Source: Psammoneis japonica (Eukaryota). Taken from it: DNA of 64,000 bases. The notes beneath the pieces are model-generated. The model was not told the origin of the DNA. It did no database searches and worked only from the letters and a program-made list of their open reading frames with translations. Position 1 is the stretch's first letter, and the number at the start of each line of letters is the position of its first letter. The DNA is taken from contig QPGO01000040.1 of the NCBI GenBank assembly GCA_008632985.1, forward strand, positions 253,719-317,718, written 5' to 3'. The position numbers and the translations under genes are program-made. Positions 23,830 through 35,690 of this stretch are shown piece by piece.

Positions 23830-26800
23830 CACAGTCCGGACCAGTCCGGTGCACTTCCTGCGTGGGCGCTGCGCGCCCCAGTCCGGACTGACCCGTTTGA
23901 CTGAATGACACCCCAAACACGCAGACAAGATTTCATTGCACGTGACGTCACCGACACCGCGCGTCCACGACTTGAAGATTCCGTCTCAGCAAACCAACGC
24001 CAACCACCCAACAAGAGGAGCAGTCACCTCGCTCCACCTCCTCTTTGCCGTCTCTCTTGCAGTCGCCCTCTGCCGCCGAAGATGCGATGCGACACGACGC
24101 CGCGACATCAGCCATGAAGACACGTGCACAGAAACCTTCTGAAGAGGATGCTGAAGGAACAACAAGGGAGGATGCTGCCTCTCCTGCTGCTGCCGACAAG
24201 AATTCGGAGAGCAAGGTGCGTCTGTGTGCGTGTGTGTCCGTTTTAATTAAACCTGTTGGTTTCCTGTCATTCGTCATGCGGTGACACGCGGTGACTTGTT
24301 TTAAATAAAACATGCTTCAATTAAAACGTTTTGCACTCTCCATGCACAGAAGAGGAAGGGCGGCCCTTCTGTCGGCGTTGCACAGAGGAAGAGCAACCGT
24401 GCAGCTGCCCATGCCAATGCTCGTGGTTCCAACACCAATGCTGCCCATGCCAAGAAGGGTGGTTCCAACACCATCCCTGCCCCTGCCAAGAAGGCCAGTG
24501 CCAAGAAGGCCAGTGCCAAGAAGGCCAGTGCCAAGAAGGCCACCCCACCCTGCCCGTGCCAAGAAGGGTGAAAAGCCAAAGGTGTGTTTTAATTAAATCT
24601 GTTTGTTGACTTGTTTTCAATGAAGTTGCTTGCTTTAATTAAAACGTTTTTGCGCTGCATGCACAGAGGAAGACCAACCCTGGTGCAAGTGGTGCCAAGA
24701 AGGACAGCAGCGCCAAGGCTGACAAGGGCAGCAGGGCCACCAAGGGCAGCCCCAAGGCTGACAACAGTGCCACTGCGGCAACTTTCAACATCCCTGCCAA
24801 GAAAGATTTGGTTGCTGCTTTCAAGAAGCTGGACAGCATGGAGTGGCCCGTGGTCACCTGGGAAGAAGGTGGCAAACTCAAGAAGAATCGCAGTGCAATC
24901 CCCAACCTTCTACAGAATGTGAGGGGAGTGTTTGCGCATCTGCCAGTCTATAAAAAATGCCCTCCCTCCCGGGGTTTCCAAGTCCCTGCCGAGGACAATG
25001 ATGAATTTAGCAAGGCGTGTGAGTTCTTTGTTGCAAAGAACTGCACCACAGCCACTGGCTTTGGCAAAAACTGTGCAACATGGTTCACTCACACGAAGCA
25101 CAATGTTCTCAATGAACGCATTTGGAATGGCAAAGGCAAGCCAGGTGGCAAAATTTGCAGCAAAGTGGTGGACATTCTGACGGAGAGCAGCATCGAGTTC
25201 AAACATGTGCAATGCACAACGAATGTGTTTCAATTAAAATGTTCAGATGATTTTATTTAAAACGTCACAAACGGGTTTTATTTAAAATGTGCAAAGAGGA
25301 ACCAAGTTGGAGAGTGCACAACGCACCAAGAATTGCACCAAGAATGAGCTTCAATGCACACTGGCAACTTCCCCTTGATTTTCATTGCTGCCAGCTGGAA
25401 GGGCAAAGTGCCGGTGCTGTTCAGGGAACTTCTTCAATGCAGTTGTCAATGCATTGTTGCAATCTGCAACACAAAATGAATTCAACTTGGCAATGACAAG
25501 AACTTTGGGGTGTGTGGAGTTCTTGCCAAGCACGTCGTCCACAATTTTCATTGGCTGCTTCCAGCGACAGAGTGTCTTTTTGTCTTTGGGTTCCCACGCC
25601 GAACGCCACAATGTCCCTTTGGCCTCCAAATGCCTGACTCCATTGCCAGCAGTGAAAGGAGGAGCATTTCCCTCAAAGTGGCCACAGATCTTGGCAAGAT
25701 CTGTGTGCTTTGACTTGGGGGGTCGAAAGCCACTCACGCCGGGACTGAGACTGGGAGACTGTGTGCTGGGAGACTGTGTCTCTGCTGCCGGCACCGCACC
25801 GGTGGCTTGCAAATGGTTTCAATTAAACACACAATTTGGTTAGAAAAATGTTTGGCTAAAACACTTTTAATTAAAACAGCAAGATGACATGCAGCACTCA
25901 CCAATTGCTGGCTGGCGTGTTGGCTGACCAGTCGGTGGAGGAGACCGCTCCAGGCTCAAGTTGTTGAGTGCATTTCCAGCTGCATGCAGGGAGTTTCTAA
26001 TGGCAAAGGCAAAATTGTTCATCATGTTTCTGTTGCAGTCAATGGACCCATTGACAGCAGACAACAGCTCCTGGTGGCTGCGTCGGTTGTCCTGGTGCAA
26101 GTTTTGAATCTGCTCAGACACCCCACGGATTTCTCCAGCATCTGGGCAAGGGGGGGGCCCATCCAAGCAAACCTTCATTTCTTCCTTGAATGACAAAAAT
26201 CTAGCTGACGTGAAAACAGGAAGCTTGAACAGGGCGTGGGTGCGGCCCAGCAGCATCAAAGCCGCCACATCTTGGAGGATGACAACACGCAACTGTCTCA
26301 AGAGTTCCACAAAGGCATGTGATGTGGGGTGCTCCCTGCAGGACACTCCTTCTGCCATGCCTTCAAGCCAAGGAAAGATCTGCTTCTGCAATTCATCTGG
26401 GGGCTGGCAGAGGGCACGTCCAACAAAGTGGGTCCCAGGCTCCTTTGCAAAGCCAGCTGCAACCCTCATTGCCTCACATTGTTCATTAAAACAAAATGTA
26501 AGTTTTAATTAAAATCAGAACCCGCCACACCACAAGTGCATCAACTCACCTTCAAGGGCAGCTTTGTAGAGCAGCGAGCATCAAACACACTTGGGTCCCA
26601 ATTTCCAAGAGCTTTGATGAGATGAGACTCCAGCTCCTCTAATTCTAACTCGATTGCACCTCCAATGCGTCCAAAGTGCAAACTGCAGTTGATGAACAGG
26701 TCAAGCCGTTCCTTCAAACGATCAAACCAAGCAGTGTAAGATGAAGGAGACATGCGCTGCATGTTGGGTGACTCAGCACTGTCTCCAGAGGATGTGCCAG

Positions 26801-28500
26801 CCTTCTTCACGTCCACAAGGAGCTTGACATTCCACCATGTTTCCTTCATCTTGAGGTCAATCTTCTCCCATTCTCTGCTGATCTCGAAGCGTCCTGCATT
26901 CAAAATGATTGAAGCAACAGATTGTTCAAATTAAAACAGTTGGCAAGCAACAGATTGTTCAAATTAAAACGGTTGGCATGACAAACAAAGTCAGACATGG
27001 TTGGATGGTCGCACCGAGCAGACAAAGACCCAATCCACCAATGGAGTCCATTCTCACATCTCTGTGTCGCATGACACGGCCAAACAGTGTGCTTTCACCA
27101 TTGGTTTTGCCAGTGAACATCTGCATGATGAGCATCAGGAAGGCCTGTTCCTCCTTCCTTGACTGACAACTGAAACTGCAAAGATCGCTCAGGTCAGCCT
27201 TGAGGGGAGACTCCCCACGGGAAATGGCTTGCTTGGTGCACAGCATGAAGAAACGGTTGCGCAAAGCAACTGTTCCATTGAGCAATGTCCCAGAAGAATG
27301 TTCCCAGCAAGCCTCCTCCAACTCTGGGAAACGCTCATGGGCTGGCAGGGCGACACGTCACCAGAAACCTGACGGTGGACAACTCAGCAGAGGTCAGCTG
27401 TTTTAAATAAAACTGAGACCACACATTTTAATTAAAACTCACCTTCTCATCCATCCGTTTCTGTTTCTCTTGTGCCTTCCTGGACTTGACAAGACGCTTG
27501 AGACATTTGATGCGGCTGGAATTTTCACAATGAAGCAACACAGCAGGATCTCTGCCACATGTTTCAAGCTGACAAACAAACAGTCGTCGAAGGGATGCAC
27601 AAGCCTGGTTGATGACATCCCACTGGCAGAGCTTGTTGGGTTCACCAACACCAGCTTCTGTCTGGTCAAGCAATTCAGTCTCATTTGGAACGTCTGCTGC
27701 AGTCAAGGGATTGCAGCTGTCACCGTTTCAAAGAGCTCAGAATCAAAGATTGGCCTGGTCTCTCCCTTCTTTGCCCTGCCCCTCTTCTTTTGCGGGCGAA
27801 AGGCACAACAGAATAGGCAAATGAAGGCTTTTTGCTCATCAATCAAGCGCCTGGTGTCTCCCAATGCGGCACACTTGCAATCACACATTGCACAGAACTG
27901 GTTCTCATGTCTGCCGAAAAAATTTAATTAAAACAGAGGTGAGGGTCACAGGCACATTTTTAATTAAAACGGATCATCAAATGCAGGTGAGACAAGGGTT
28001 TAATTAAAACTTACACCTTCATTGCTTTCTTCGTGTTGTCACTTTGTCACCCATGTCATCGTGCATGTCTCGCACCAATCTTGACTGCTGAGCAAAAGTG
28101 TCAGAGGTGAGCTGATTGGAAGCCCCCATTGCAGCCATCCCAAGTGTGGCTGTGGCATTGACAACAGGGACTCTCGGCACTTTGGACTTGTCGTTGTGAT
28201 GCAATGCAGAATCGGCTGATGACGATGGTGCTGTTGTTGTTGTGGTTGTTCTTGTGTGTGCTTGCAGTGAACGCCGGCGAACCGGCGAACCCATCTGAAA
28301 GGGAATCTTGAAATGGAATCCCCATGGACGGCACTATGTGGAATGTCACCTTGACATCACGAACACATTCTTGCAAAACAACTGAAATCATTTGCACAAA
28401 TCTTGTAAAATGACTGATTGTTTTATACAAAATTACTCATGTGCCACGTCACCGGCCCGGTCCGGAGCCGGACTGGACCGGGTCCAGTCCGGCTGGTCTC
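23830..28500 (-). mobile_element. Crypton (tyrosine-recombinase DNA transposon), inactivated, intron-containing
   Basis: NDC10-II/Crypton motifs: RGESPLKADLSDL, GKTNG...MRHRDV, HFGRIGGA...LGNW...ARCSTKLP, MRVAAGF...PPDELQKQIFPW, LRVVILQD...HALFKLPVF; GCR1_C-like LEAKGTLWR at about 25600. Boundaries inferred from CCAGTCCGG palindromes. Confidence 0.85.
24114..25330 (+). pseudogene. Second, convergent, spliced gene within the Crypton region; Lys/Ala-rich (KKASA x3) N-terminal part
   Basis: MKTRAQKPSEEDAEG exon; aagaaggccagtgcc repeats at about 24488-24540; ORF 24808-25260; its introns share the TTTAATTAAAA motif with the recombinase gene. Confidence 0.45.
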
Positions 28501-28795
28501 ACAAATGTGGTGCATGAGTCCGGCTGTCCAGCAGTTCCTCCCAGCCAGATGGAAGAAGAAGAGAAAAGGAAAAGGAAGGAAAAAATAAACATCAATGAAG
28601 GTTTGAAAGGGTGCGCTGCAGTGCCGCAGTGGGCGCAGCAGTGAAGACGGACGCAGACAGGTGCAGATGCACTGTGTGGAATTTGGTGCGAAGTGTCATG
28701 CGTTTGCGTGCGCAGAAGGATGTGGATCGCCAACGGCTGGAATGAAGCAGCACACCACACAGCAGTGAGTGCAGCTCTGTCATCACGGCGCTAGA

Positions 28796-30255
28796 ATGGC
28801 GGAGGACAACATCATTGCGTCTGGCAAAGCAGAGGATGTGGCAGCTCCGGAAGTCATGGCAGAACTCACGGGCGCCGAAGGCGCGGCGGCAGCTGCCATG
28901 ACTGCACTTGGCGCCGAGGGAAGTGCCGAGGGTGTGTCCATCGAGTCCGAACGCGCAAGGATGTCAGAGAAGCCGGCGCAGTCCCAAACTGAAAAGAGTG
29001 AGAAAGCCATGCCGCCGGAGCCAACCTTTCAAATTTGTGGTTGGAATGAAGCACAGCAGCTGGGTTGCACCGCCGAGCAGCTCCTTGAGGCCGGTTGCAA
29101 GATCGAGTTGGTGGGTGATCAGGCCACCTTTGTGAAACCGGAGGTCCCACCTTTTTGCAGCGGCAAAAGCGAGGAGGCAGCCAAGCCCGCGGCCAAAGTG
29201 GTCGCGAAAGCAACGGCGGAAGAGGAAGAAGAAGGAAAGCAATTTCCGGACCCCAACGATCCGTCATTCGACTTGTGGGACTGGGTGTTGCGGCACGAAA
29301 AATCCGATAAATTCCAGGAGTCCATGTGCCTTGTGAAGGATGCGCCGAATGATCCCGACCTCTGGTTCCCTGCGCTGGGAGAACTGGGGTGCATCAGGAG
29401 CGACCCTGAAGCCGTCGCGAATGCTCACGGCGAACACTGCAAGTGGGTGTGGAGGCACCGCACGGAAGTCGGCGAGAGGGGCATCCCAGACTCGACGCCG
29501 AAGAGCAACAAAGTGTTCAAGACCGCCGTCGAGGCTTTCGAAGCGGGGTGGTTGCTTGCACTGGTCTGTCTCGTGAAGAGAGTAAGTGCAGAAGTGTGCA
29601 TGTTTGGATGAGGCGCCGTGTCACTCAACCTGCGTTGTTTTGCCTCGAAAAGTCCGTTCGCTCCACAGGCCCCAAGGAGGTGGAGGTGGGCGAGCTACGC
29701 GCATCACAACGGAGGGGCGCAGGCATTGGTTTTTTTGCTTTGCGCCAGTTCCAGAAAGGCAGCACGGTTGGAATCTACGTGGGCCCCAGGGTGCCTGGTA
29801 CGACGAGGAGCCACTCGTGGTACGACCACGACAGCAAGTTTGGAGAAGACCACAGCGTGTGCTGCTCCACCATCCGTGACAGCGAGGGCCACTGCGTCAC
29901 AGTGGAGCCAAAACCGCTTGACTTTAGCGGTCCAGGGAACAAGAATTCCCATCCACTCTACCTCGGAATGCACTGCGTGAATGATGCCACCGAGTCATTC
30001 AAGGACAAGAAGAAGATCAAGGCAAGCCAACATGTGGACAACAACTGCGAGTTCTACAATGACGGGTGCTTGGCAGTCACGAAGCGAATCATGCCCGGGG
30101 AGGAATTTCTCTGCAGATGCAACTTGGACGAATCGGAGAAGAAGAAGAAGAAGAGGAAGGCGACGTCGGGTGCCATGAATCGGAAGAAGAAATCGCGTCT
30201 ACTCCCCAAGTCGGGGGGGAGAAGCTCCACGTCTGGCAAAATGTTTGCCGTGTAG
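28796..30255 (+). pseudogene. SET-domain protein (probably spliced, TpA-mutated)
   Basis: GAGIGFFALRQFQKGSTVGIYVG, LGMHCVNDA, NNCEF, KRIMPGEEFLCRCN (consensus GEELxxxY); gtaagt donor-like site at 29582. Confidence 0.75.
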
Positions 30256-30477
30256 TGTGCTCTGTAAATCAGCAGCACAGTGTGTTGGTGTTTTTCAGCG
30301 AAACTGCAGCATCAGTTGGAAAGGCGCAGCCCCAGTTGTGGTTCGAAAAATGGGAACGAGGAAGAACAGAAAGTCGGTAAATTTGCGCAAATCTGGCAAA
30401 TTAGCAGGCACCTGCATGGTCGCCTGAGCACAGAAAGTCAGCAAATTTACGCAAATTTAGCAAGTTATTTTGCACCA

Positions 30478-31400
30478 TCACAGTCGCCTGAGAATGGTCT
30501 CTTCCTCTAGAGAAAGGGGGATTGAATTGTTGTTCTTGCCCACTGCAGCACTCTTCAGGCAGAGAGACACGCAGAAGAACTCGTCGTTTGAGTTTGTCCT
30601 GCTGGAGATGCAGTGGCACTTGGTGGGGTTAAAAATGATGACATCACCAAGCCGGAGTGCAACGGAGATGCCTTCGGCAGGGAAGCAGAAGTGCGCCACA
30701 ATCCCATCATTCATGGTGCAGCTGCCGGACGGAGGGACTCCCACCACGGTGACCACTGACAGGAAGAAGTCCTGGTCCCGATGGGCGTTGAGGAAGACAT
30801 TGCGCCCAGCCACCAGAGAGGAGAAAATGCCATCTGACCGCACCAGGGATTTCCAGTTGTGAAACTTTTTGACACGAGTGATGCCCTCAAGGATGGCATG
30901 GTCCACGTGCTCATTGACAAGGTGCTCCATGCGTGAAAGAAGTCTGGTGAGGTGGTGAGTGTGTTGGTTGGCCATGCCAGGCTGCTTGCAAGAAATTCGA
31001 GCGTCCCTCGTGGCAGCCAGGCCAATCGTGGAATGCTTGCTCCTGTCTGTCTCCATGAAGGTAACGCGTTGTTTGCCGCGCACGGTGGACTGGGCAGTGC
31101 AGCATTCTAGTGCTTCGAGCGCTCGGCACTGAGCAACTAGTTCTGCTGGGTTGGGGGAGCTGAACACAGCAGAACGCGGCAGCAGGGTGCAGGTGTTGTC
31201 GCAGCGGCAACCGTCCAAGCCAAAGAAAGGCTTCAGATCGAGCACAGGGTCACAGATGAGCAGAGGAGCCAATTCAGCAAAGTCAATGTCAGCAAGACAA
31301 GGTGGTGCAGGCTGAGTGCAGTCGCCGTCACAAACTAGAGTGCGGTCAGCTACGCAGTGTACGGAGAGACTCTTAGTGGCGCACGGTGCGAGTGGAACGA
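30478..31400 (-). pseudogene. 2OG-Fe(II) dioxygenase, TET/JBP-like
   Basis: C-terminal half of ORF 30478-31920: HxD motif (LNAHRDQD), FCFP, VALRLGDVIIFNP, distal His (HCISSR), terminal strand CVSLCLK. Confidence 0.6.
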
Positions 31401-31599
31401 GGCGAGCAATCTTGGATGTTTTCCTGCTGGCGCGGCTGCGGATTCGCCTGCGGCTGCGGTGGGCCTTGCGAAGTGGCAGTTGAGCCCTCAACACGTTCTC
31501 GTGTGTCCTGGTGCGCATTGACGATGCGGTGTTCGCAGAGAACGTGTGTGCGAACTTGCCGGCAAATGTTCCGCTGCTTGACACTGTCGCTGTTGTCTC

Positions 31600-31790
31600 A
31601 ACAGTGCCCAAAGCAGAACTCTGTCGACAGGGACCGGCGGACTCCAGGGGAGTGGGGTCAAAACCTAATCGAGAGATGTGTCTGCTTTCCGTTGCCTCAA
31701 GAGCACCCAAAGCAAAACTCTGTTGACAGGGACTGGCGGACTCCAGGGGAGTGGGGTCGAAACCTGATCGCGAGAAGTGTTTGCTTGTTG
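31600..31790. repeat. About 99-bp direct repeat (2 copies)
   Basis: ggcggactccaggggagtggggtc occurs at about 31636 and 31735. Confidence 0.85.
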
Positions 31791-32289
31791 TCGTGCTGAG
31801 AGCTGCACGTCCCAAACCCCCACACTGTCGAGACCGGCTGTAACTCGATCGCGACAAGTGCTTGTCGTTGGCAGGACGACGCAGCGAGGCACGAGGCAGT
31901 TGCGACATGGTGTGTCTCAATTTGAAATGTGTTTCAAAATGTGATGACGGAAGTGTTGTCGCGTTGTTTTTGTCTCCGCGGAGGGAGGATCATCCCACGG
32001 CAATCTCAGCGCGAGTTCTCGCGTAGAAGTGCATTGCGTGCCGTGCCAGCTCGTGCGTTTGAATTACACGGACACACAAGTGCGGCAACGATGAGAAGCA
32101 GTCCGAGATTCAAAACAAATTTTACCGCCCAAAGGCGTCTCATTGTTTCAACGCGTCCACACATCTGTTTAAAATGACTTTGTGCGTCGCTCCATGCGCA
32201 GGTAGAGGCAGCACGCCGCGTTTGAAAATTTCGCGCACGCAGAGGGCGCAACGGTAATTTTACGCATTCTGCGCACGTCACAGTTTGGT

Positions 32290-33225
32290 TTGGAAACGCG
32301 ACGTCTGGTCGAACCCGCTGCAAGCAAGGTTGATGTTGCCACAAGGTTGGATGCGATGAACCATCGTCACAGAAGTGTTGGGGAGTTTTGTCTTCAAACG
32401 GCTCCGGACTCCACGTTCCAGAGCAGGCGTGTCTCTGGAGACGGAAGCGGATCTTCGCACGGCGGCGAAGTTGGCTTTGCTTTGAGCAGCGAAGTGTTTT
32501 TGAACGAACGCCTTCTTGGCGTGAATCACACCTGCGATGCATCTGTCGACATGGGCGGGGGAGTTGCCGGACCCAGCATTGGGCTCAAGTTACTTCGTCG
32601 CCGTTGCACCGTGGTGAGCATCGAGGCCGACCACGATCGTCACCAAGAGGCTGTGCGTTGGGCTCATCGTGCTGGCCTTTGCTCGAACGGCGGGTTAGAG
32701 TTGATCAACAAGTCATTCTTGGACGAGAGGCTGGCTCCTTTGTGGAAAAAGAAAGGACTCAAGGTGTTCTTCAACAACTGCAACTCCCGCATGGTCGATG
32801 ACAAGAACACACAGCAGAAGGCAGAGGCAATGCTTTCGAAGTTGTGTCATGCTGGGACCATGGTGGTGGCACTAGATCCGCTGTTTGCGTCGTGCGCGGG
32901 AGAGTGGATGTGCGAGTCCTTCACGGCGGATTGCCATGATGGCAACTTTTTGTGGCACAGCGGAGACATGAAACATCTCGTCTTCCACAAGTGCACCAAG
33001 AAAGAGGAGACTTCTCAGTCAACCAGCCAGCACATGCGACGTCCCACTCCGACACACTTGGAACGGAAGTGTTTGCCCGTCACGAAATGGCAAATTTTGC
33101 TTGAGAACTCAACTGAACTGTTTTTTTGCTGTCACTGCACTGGACGTCACACGCTAGTTACTCCACTCAATTCGCCATTGCTTCGCGGTAATGCAAAGTT
33201 GTCGTCGGAGATGGTGCACACTTGA
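32290..33225 (+). pseudogene. Class I SAM methyltransferase, DOT1-like
   Basis: Motif I VDMGGGVAG, acidic post-II SIEADHDR, KVFFNNCN (cf. DOT1 VIFVNNF), GTMVVALDPL (cf. GxRIVSxxP). Confidence 0.55.
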
Positions 33226-33314
33226 AGAGACAGAGGAAAGCTGAGTTGCAATCGACACTTGGTTCACTGAACATTTACAAATTTACACTGCACTGGCAAA
33301 AAAAAAAAAACAAC

Positions 33315-34190
33315 TCAGTCTTCGTCGCTGTCCTGAAGCACCAAGTCGTCATCGACGTTCAGGTCAACTTCGCAGTTGAGCTCGACATCATCGTCGGCCT
33401 CTTCTCCAGCTTCTTCCACCGGAGCTCCAATGAGACGACAGAGTTCCATGGGCAACGACCCCTCGTAGAAGCAACTGTGAAGTGAGTTCTTGTTTTGGGT
33501 GCACCAACCGATGTGAAACTGACCACCTTCCTTCTGAAGCTCGGCAAGCACCGCCTCGTTGCCGATCACTTCGGACCAAACAGCATCCTTCATCCAAAAA
33601 GAAGTCGTCTTCAATGAAGACCTCGGTGTTGTTCTCAGGGTCATCGTTCAGCTGCTTTGCAATGTGCTTCCCGAGGCCGCGCACTTTGGGCATCGGTTGG
33701 GACTTCTTCGAGGAAGATGAAGAAGAGACGCACGGCGCAGTTCTTGGCGTTCATCTGCAACTCGCCCTCGTGAACCCACCTGCCAGCGTGAGGGTGGAAT
33801 CCGACTTGAACCGCCCACGGAGTCCTGCTGCAAAGGTCATCAAACAGAACCTTCTCCGACCAAACATTGGTCAAAAGGGGATTCTTGGCTTGGAGACGAA
33901 AAACGACGCCTTTCTTGCGGCCGACAGTGATGGTGGCGCAGCGCAGGAGGGCGTCCTTGTCGGAATGGCTGCCATCGTCAGAACCGGCGGATTTGGAAAG
34001 CTTGAACCCGTGCTTGGCAAGGCAGTCTTCCGGTTTAAGGTCGTCGTCGGTCAAGCCGTTGGTCTTGCGGGGCGGACTTAGTTTCTTCTACAGAGCATCA
34101 GAAAACTTCGTCTTTGCCTTCTTCTGTTTGGTTTCGGCGACTTTGGCTTTCGCAGCCGGGGAGGTCGTTGTGTTTCTTTTGCGTGCCATC
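33315..34190 (-). pseudogene. Unknown TE-associated protein, interrupted
   Basis: Basic N-terminus MARKRNTTTSPAAKAK... continuing through ORFs 33641-34054 and 33315-33644 to an acidic tail; no family recognised. Confidence 0.4.
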
Positions 34191-35044
34191 GAATCAGTCG
34201 GAGAGAAATTATGGGAACAAAAAGTGCGATCGTTCAGAAGTGCCAAGAAAGACCCAGTGGAGCTGCGTGCATCATGCCAAGGAGAACTGGCAACGTCAGC
34301 AACCAGATTCAAACACGTCGAACTGCAACAAGGCAACCTTCCAGGTGTCAGCACTTGCAAGTGGTGTGTGGATTCAATTTGAACAAAACAGATGCAAGGA
34401 TTGGAGCACGCAAAGTCGCACTGAGTTTGCTGAAAATGCATAAAATCACGTGCAATTCCGTCCGTGCTTCGTGTGCATTTCAGCCGTCACTGCCGTGCGG
34501 CCATCGCGCACGAAATCTAGTCGCCAAACGGTCGACGCCATCGCTGTCACTACATGCTGTGCCGGTGGTTAGCTGAGGTGGGCCCATCACCCATTTGGAG
34601 GATTCGCGCGCACTTTGGAAACACGAATGACGTCAATCGCATTGTTGTTGCCACACGACTGACTCAACTGCCCCGCCACTCGTTAAAACGTGATTCTACG
34701 GAATTTACGTAAAGCTGCGCCCACCACCAAGATTGCCGAAACAACTTGAACAAGATCCGAATCTTACCCCATGGAATGTTCAGAGCAGATGGTCAAAACA
34801 ACTTGAACAAGATCCAAATCTCATCCCATGGGATGCTCAACGTCGACGAAACTAAGTGGGATGTCGCACGTCTGGTGCGAAGAAGGACGTGGGAGGAACG
34901 CACACATCACTCTTCCGTCGAGGTGAAAGAGGCACACTTTCGTCTCACTTTTTTGTGACAGAACCTTTGCGCAAAGGGAAACGAAAAGCATCCAACTACG
35001 GTGATTGGGCCACACCGATCGTAGTTCTCAGTTCTCACAGTGAC

Positions 35045-35690
35045 CTGGCAAGGCAGGTTGTGAGACAATGCACAAGCTCAGCTGCAGTGACTGGACGACA
35101 CCAGTCGCAGCTCTCACAGAGACCTGATCACACAGGTTGTGAGAACACGACACAACGCTGCGGTGATCGGACAGCACCGACGCAGTTCGTCAAGCAACCA
35201 ATTCACTTGGCTGCGGTGACTGGACGACACCAGTCGCAGCTCTCACAGCGACCTGATTGCACAGGTTGTGAGCAAACAACACAGCGCTGCACCTCGTGAC
35301 GCAGGTTGTGAGATGACGCACAAGCTCAGCTGCGGTGACTGGATGACACCAGTCGCAGCTCTCACAGAGACCTGATCGCACAGGTTGTGAGAACACGACA
35401 CAACACTGCGGTGATCAGGCAGAACCGATGCAGTTCATCAAGCAACTGATTAATTCGGCTGCGGTGACTGGACGACACCAGTCGCAGTGCTCACAGCGAC
35501 CTGATTGCACAGCTTGTGAGAAGACGACACAGCGCTACGGTGAACGGGTGGCACTGACGCGGTTCATTGATCAACTGGACAGAACCACTGCGGTGACTGG
35601 ACGACACCAGTCGCAGTGCTGCAGGTGGCGAGAAAACACACATCGCTGTGGTGATTGGACAGCACCGATCGCAGCTTCACGGTGATCGCA
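35045..35690. repeat. Tandem array of five ~120-129-bp hairpin-forming units upstream of Helitron Rep
   Basis: ctgcggtgactggacgacaccagtcgcag recurs at about 35082, 35211, 35330, 35459 and 35588. Confidence 0.9.

Noticed and set aside
31640..31770. B-box-like GGTTTCGACCCC on the minus strand in the 99-bp repeat
   Set aside because: No A box or cloverleaf; likely chance.
35045..35690. Possible CRISPR array
   Set aside because: Eukaryotic context, no cas genes, units of ~125 bp with mutually similar 'spacers'.
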